From Antedon mediterranea (lineage: Eukaryota > Animalia > Echinodermata), in NCBI RefSeq assembly GCF_964355755.1, contig NC_092673.1, forward strand, positions 1,860,001-1,924,000: a stretch of DNA of 64,000 nucleotides. The letters are read 5' to 3'. Shown here piece after piece: positions 63,001 through 64,000 of this stretch. The notes under the pieces are model-generated. The model was given only the letters and a program-made list of their open reading frames with translations. It ran no database searches and had not been told where the DNA came from. Position 1 is the first letter of the stretch. Every line of letters begins with the position of its first letter. The translations under genes were made by a program, and so were the position numbers.

Positions 63001-63904
63001 GATGGTTGTTTAAATTTGAAAACCATTTAAAAAAAAAACGTGTGAAATGTCAGTAATAAAACAGTTGACTCAATCATTAATGTACTTTGCACAGAATTGA
63101 ATCCTGAAAGGTATAGCACCAATCAATGTAACATAGTTGTCATATGAAATCATAGAGAAACAATCATTGTAAAATTTAATAAACAATTCTACAAATTTTA
63201 GAAGTAATCTCATGAGAAAACATGTTTGTATGATGACCATCTGTCTTATGAGATCACTACTAAAATGTGTAGTGTTATTTATTAAATGTATCTCAGTACA
63301 CCTTCACCTGGCTAATCATATAATCAAAGAATATATATCTCTGATATCATGCGCCAAAAACAGAAGAAAAAAAATTCATTCTACACGAAATGCATATTTA
63401 TAGTGGGCCGATTAAAATCAACTTATTTTTCCCACAATAGATCCATATAAGGATTAGGATATATTTTTTTTAAAAGTTTGTCAACTTAAAATGGACCGAA
63501 AAAAATTCAATTTGAATTTTATGAAACACATATAGTACTGGGATTTTCTTTTAAATGGGAAATTAAAATGGACTAAAACATGGTTTAATCCAATAAAAAA
63601 ATTTGATTGATTGATTACGAGTTGTCAAAAGAATTACCATTTTACCAGTTTCCTATGCTTTACACAGTGTCATAATTTAATAGATGCACTGCGTTTGTTC
63701 TTGAAAAAGTAAAACTTTTACCGTTCATGGGAAAATAAACATTTTTTTAAAAATTTAAATAGCAACACAGATTCCTCCTTAAAAATTCTACTAAAGTAGG
63801 ATTCATAATAACTTAGTGAAAAGCTCTAGTTTGTTTACTGACCGAAAAAAAAAATTTAATTTAAAGGCAAGTTACATACCTTCTCCGGCAGATATTTTGT
63901 CAAC
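54043..63904 (-). CDS. ROCO-family protein, 3' part (Roc G3-G5, COR, Cys-rich segment, C-terminal two-TM anchor); 5' end beyond the right edge
   Basis: Exons: 63880-63904, 62903-62937 and 62742-62766 (microexons, tentative), 61996-62138 (FNIWDHGGQMMYHGIH, G3), 61530-61619 (ALYIVVFDLSKPL), about 61118-61297 (PTILIVGTHKG, G4), 60632-60877 (FAIENS, VPLNW), 59718-59915 (LTFLYDVGEIIY..VVLDP, COR), 59235-59429 (LEKGIL..LW..LMIQFG), 58662-58964 (FFVPLRL), 58238-58291, 57229-57439, 56523-56579, 55968-56030, 54956-54980, 54536-54567, 54043-54230 (two hydrophobic helices, then KKKKR, stop). Confidence 0.8.
55799..55932 (+). mobile_element. Short HINE-like element; related reverse copy at about 6950-7058
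   Basis: TTAGTCG.GTGCA..GCGACTCTATA 5' hairpin, (GGTT/GTCG)n microsatellite, and 3' GCACACGCAACT..GCCAT..ATGGCCTTGTTT. Confidence 0.6.
62185..62585 (+). mobile_element. Degenerate CR1-clade LINE 3' fragment in a ROCO intron
   Basis: Frameshifted remnants KKAMKMLGTIKRSFKY, RPHLEYCVQV and TRGHPWKIFKP. Confidence 0.7.
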
Positions 63905-64000
63905 CTGATAAATTTTTAAAATAAAGCAAAACTATGAAATAGAATTTTTATATTGTTCTGTCTACTTTTTTTCTATTGTAACAGACCTACTGTCAACCTT

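Overview
AT-rich, intron-rich eukaryotic DNA from an invertebrate metazoan. The SINE, LINE and MITE types suggest a deuterostome such as an echinoderm, but this is inference. Exons were assembled by hand from GT-AG boundaries with phase checks. Five minus-strand genes were found: (1) sideroflexin-5, with its last exon off the left edge; (2) a complete GAF-GAF cGMP phosphodiesterase (invertebrate PDE5/6 type) ending in a CaaX box, with two mutually exclusive exons and a splice-donor minisatellite; (3) FRA10AC1, with a U12-type intron; (4) an unusual 382-aa protein of two tandem DEDs fused to a lone degenerate RIG-I-like Hel2 domain; (5) the 3' part of a ROCO (Roc-COR) gene ending in two predicted TM helices plus a basic tail. 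An intronless pseudokinase plus putative beta-propeller gene sits antisense inside a FRA10AC1 intron. Intergenic and intronic DNA holds a 3-kb foldback element, a hAT/P-like element with an 8-bp TSD, Kolobok-like and other MITEs, Helentron-type elements, tRNA-derived SINEs, CR1/L2 fragments and several tandem repeats. The best candidate for a new system is the putative innate-immune/cell-death cluster at 34.8-64 kb (pseudokinase-propeller, DED-DED-Hel2, membrane-anchored ROCO). All homology calls come from motif recognition, not database searches.
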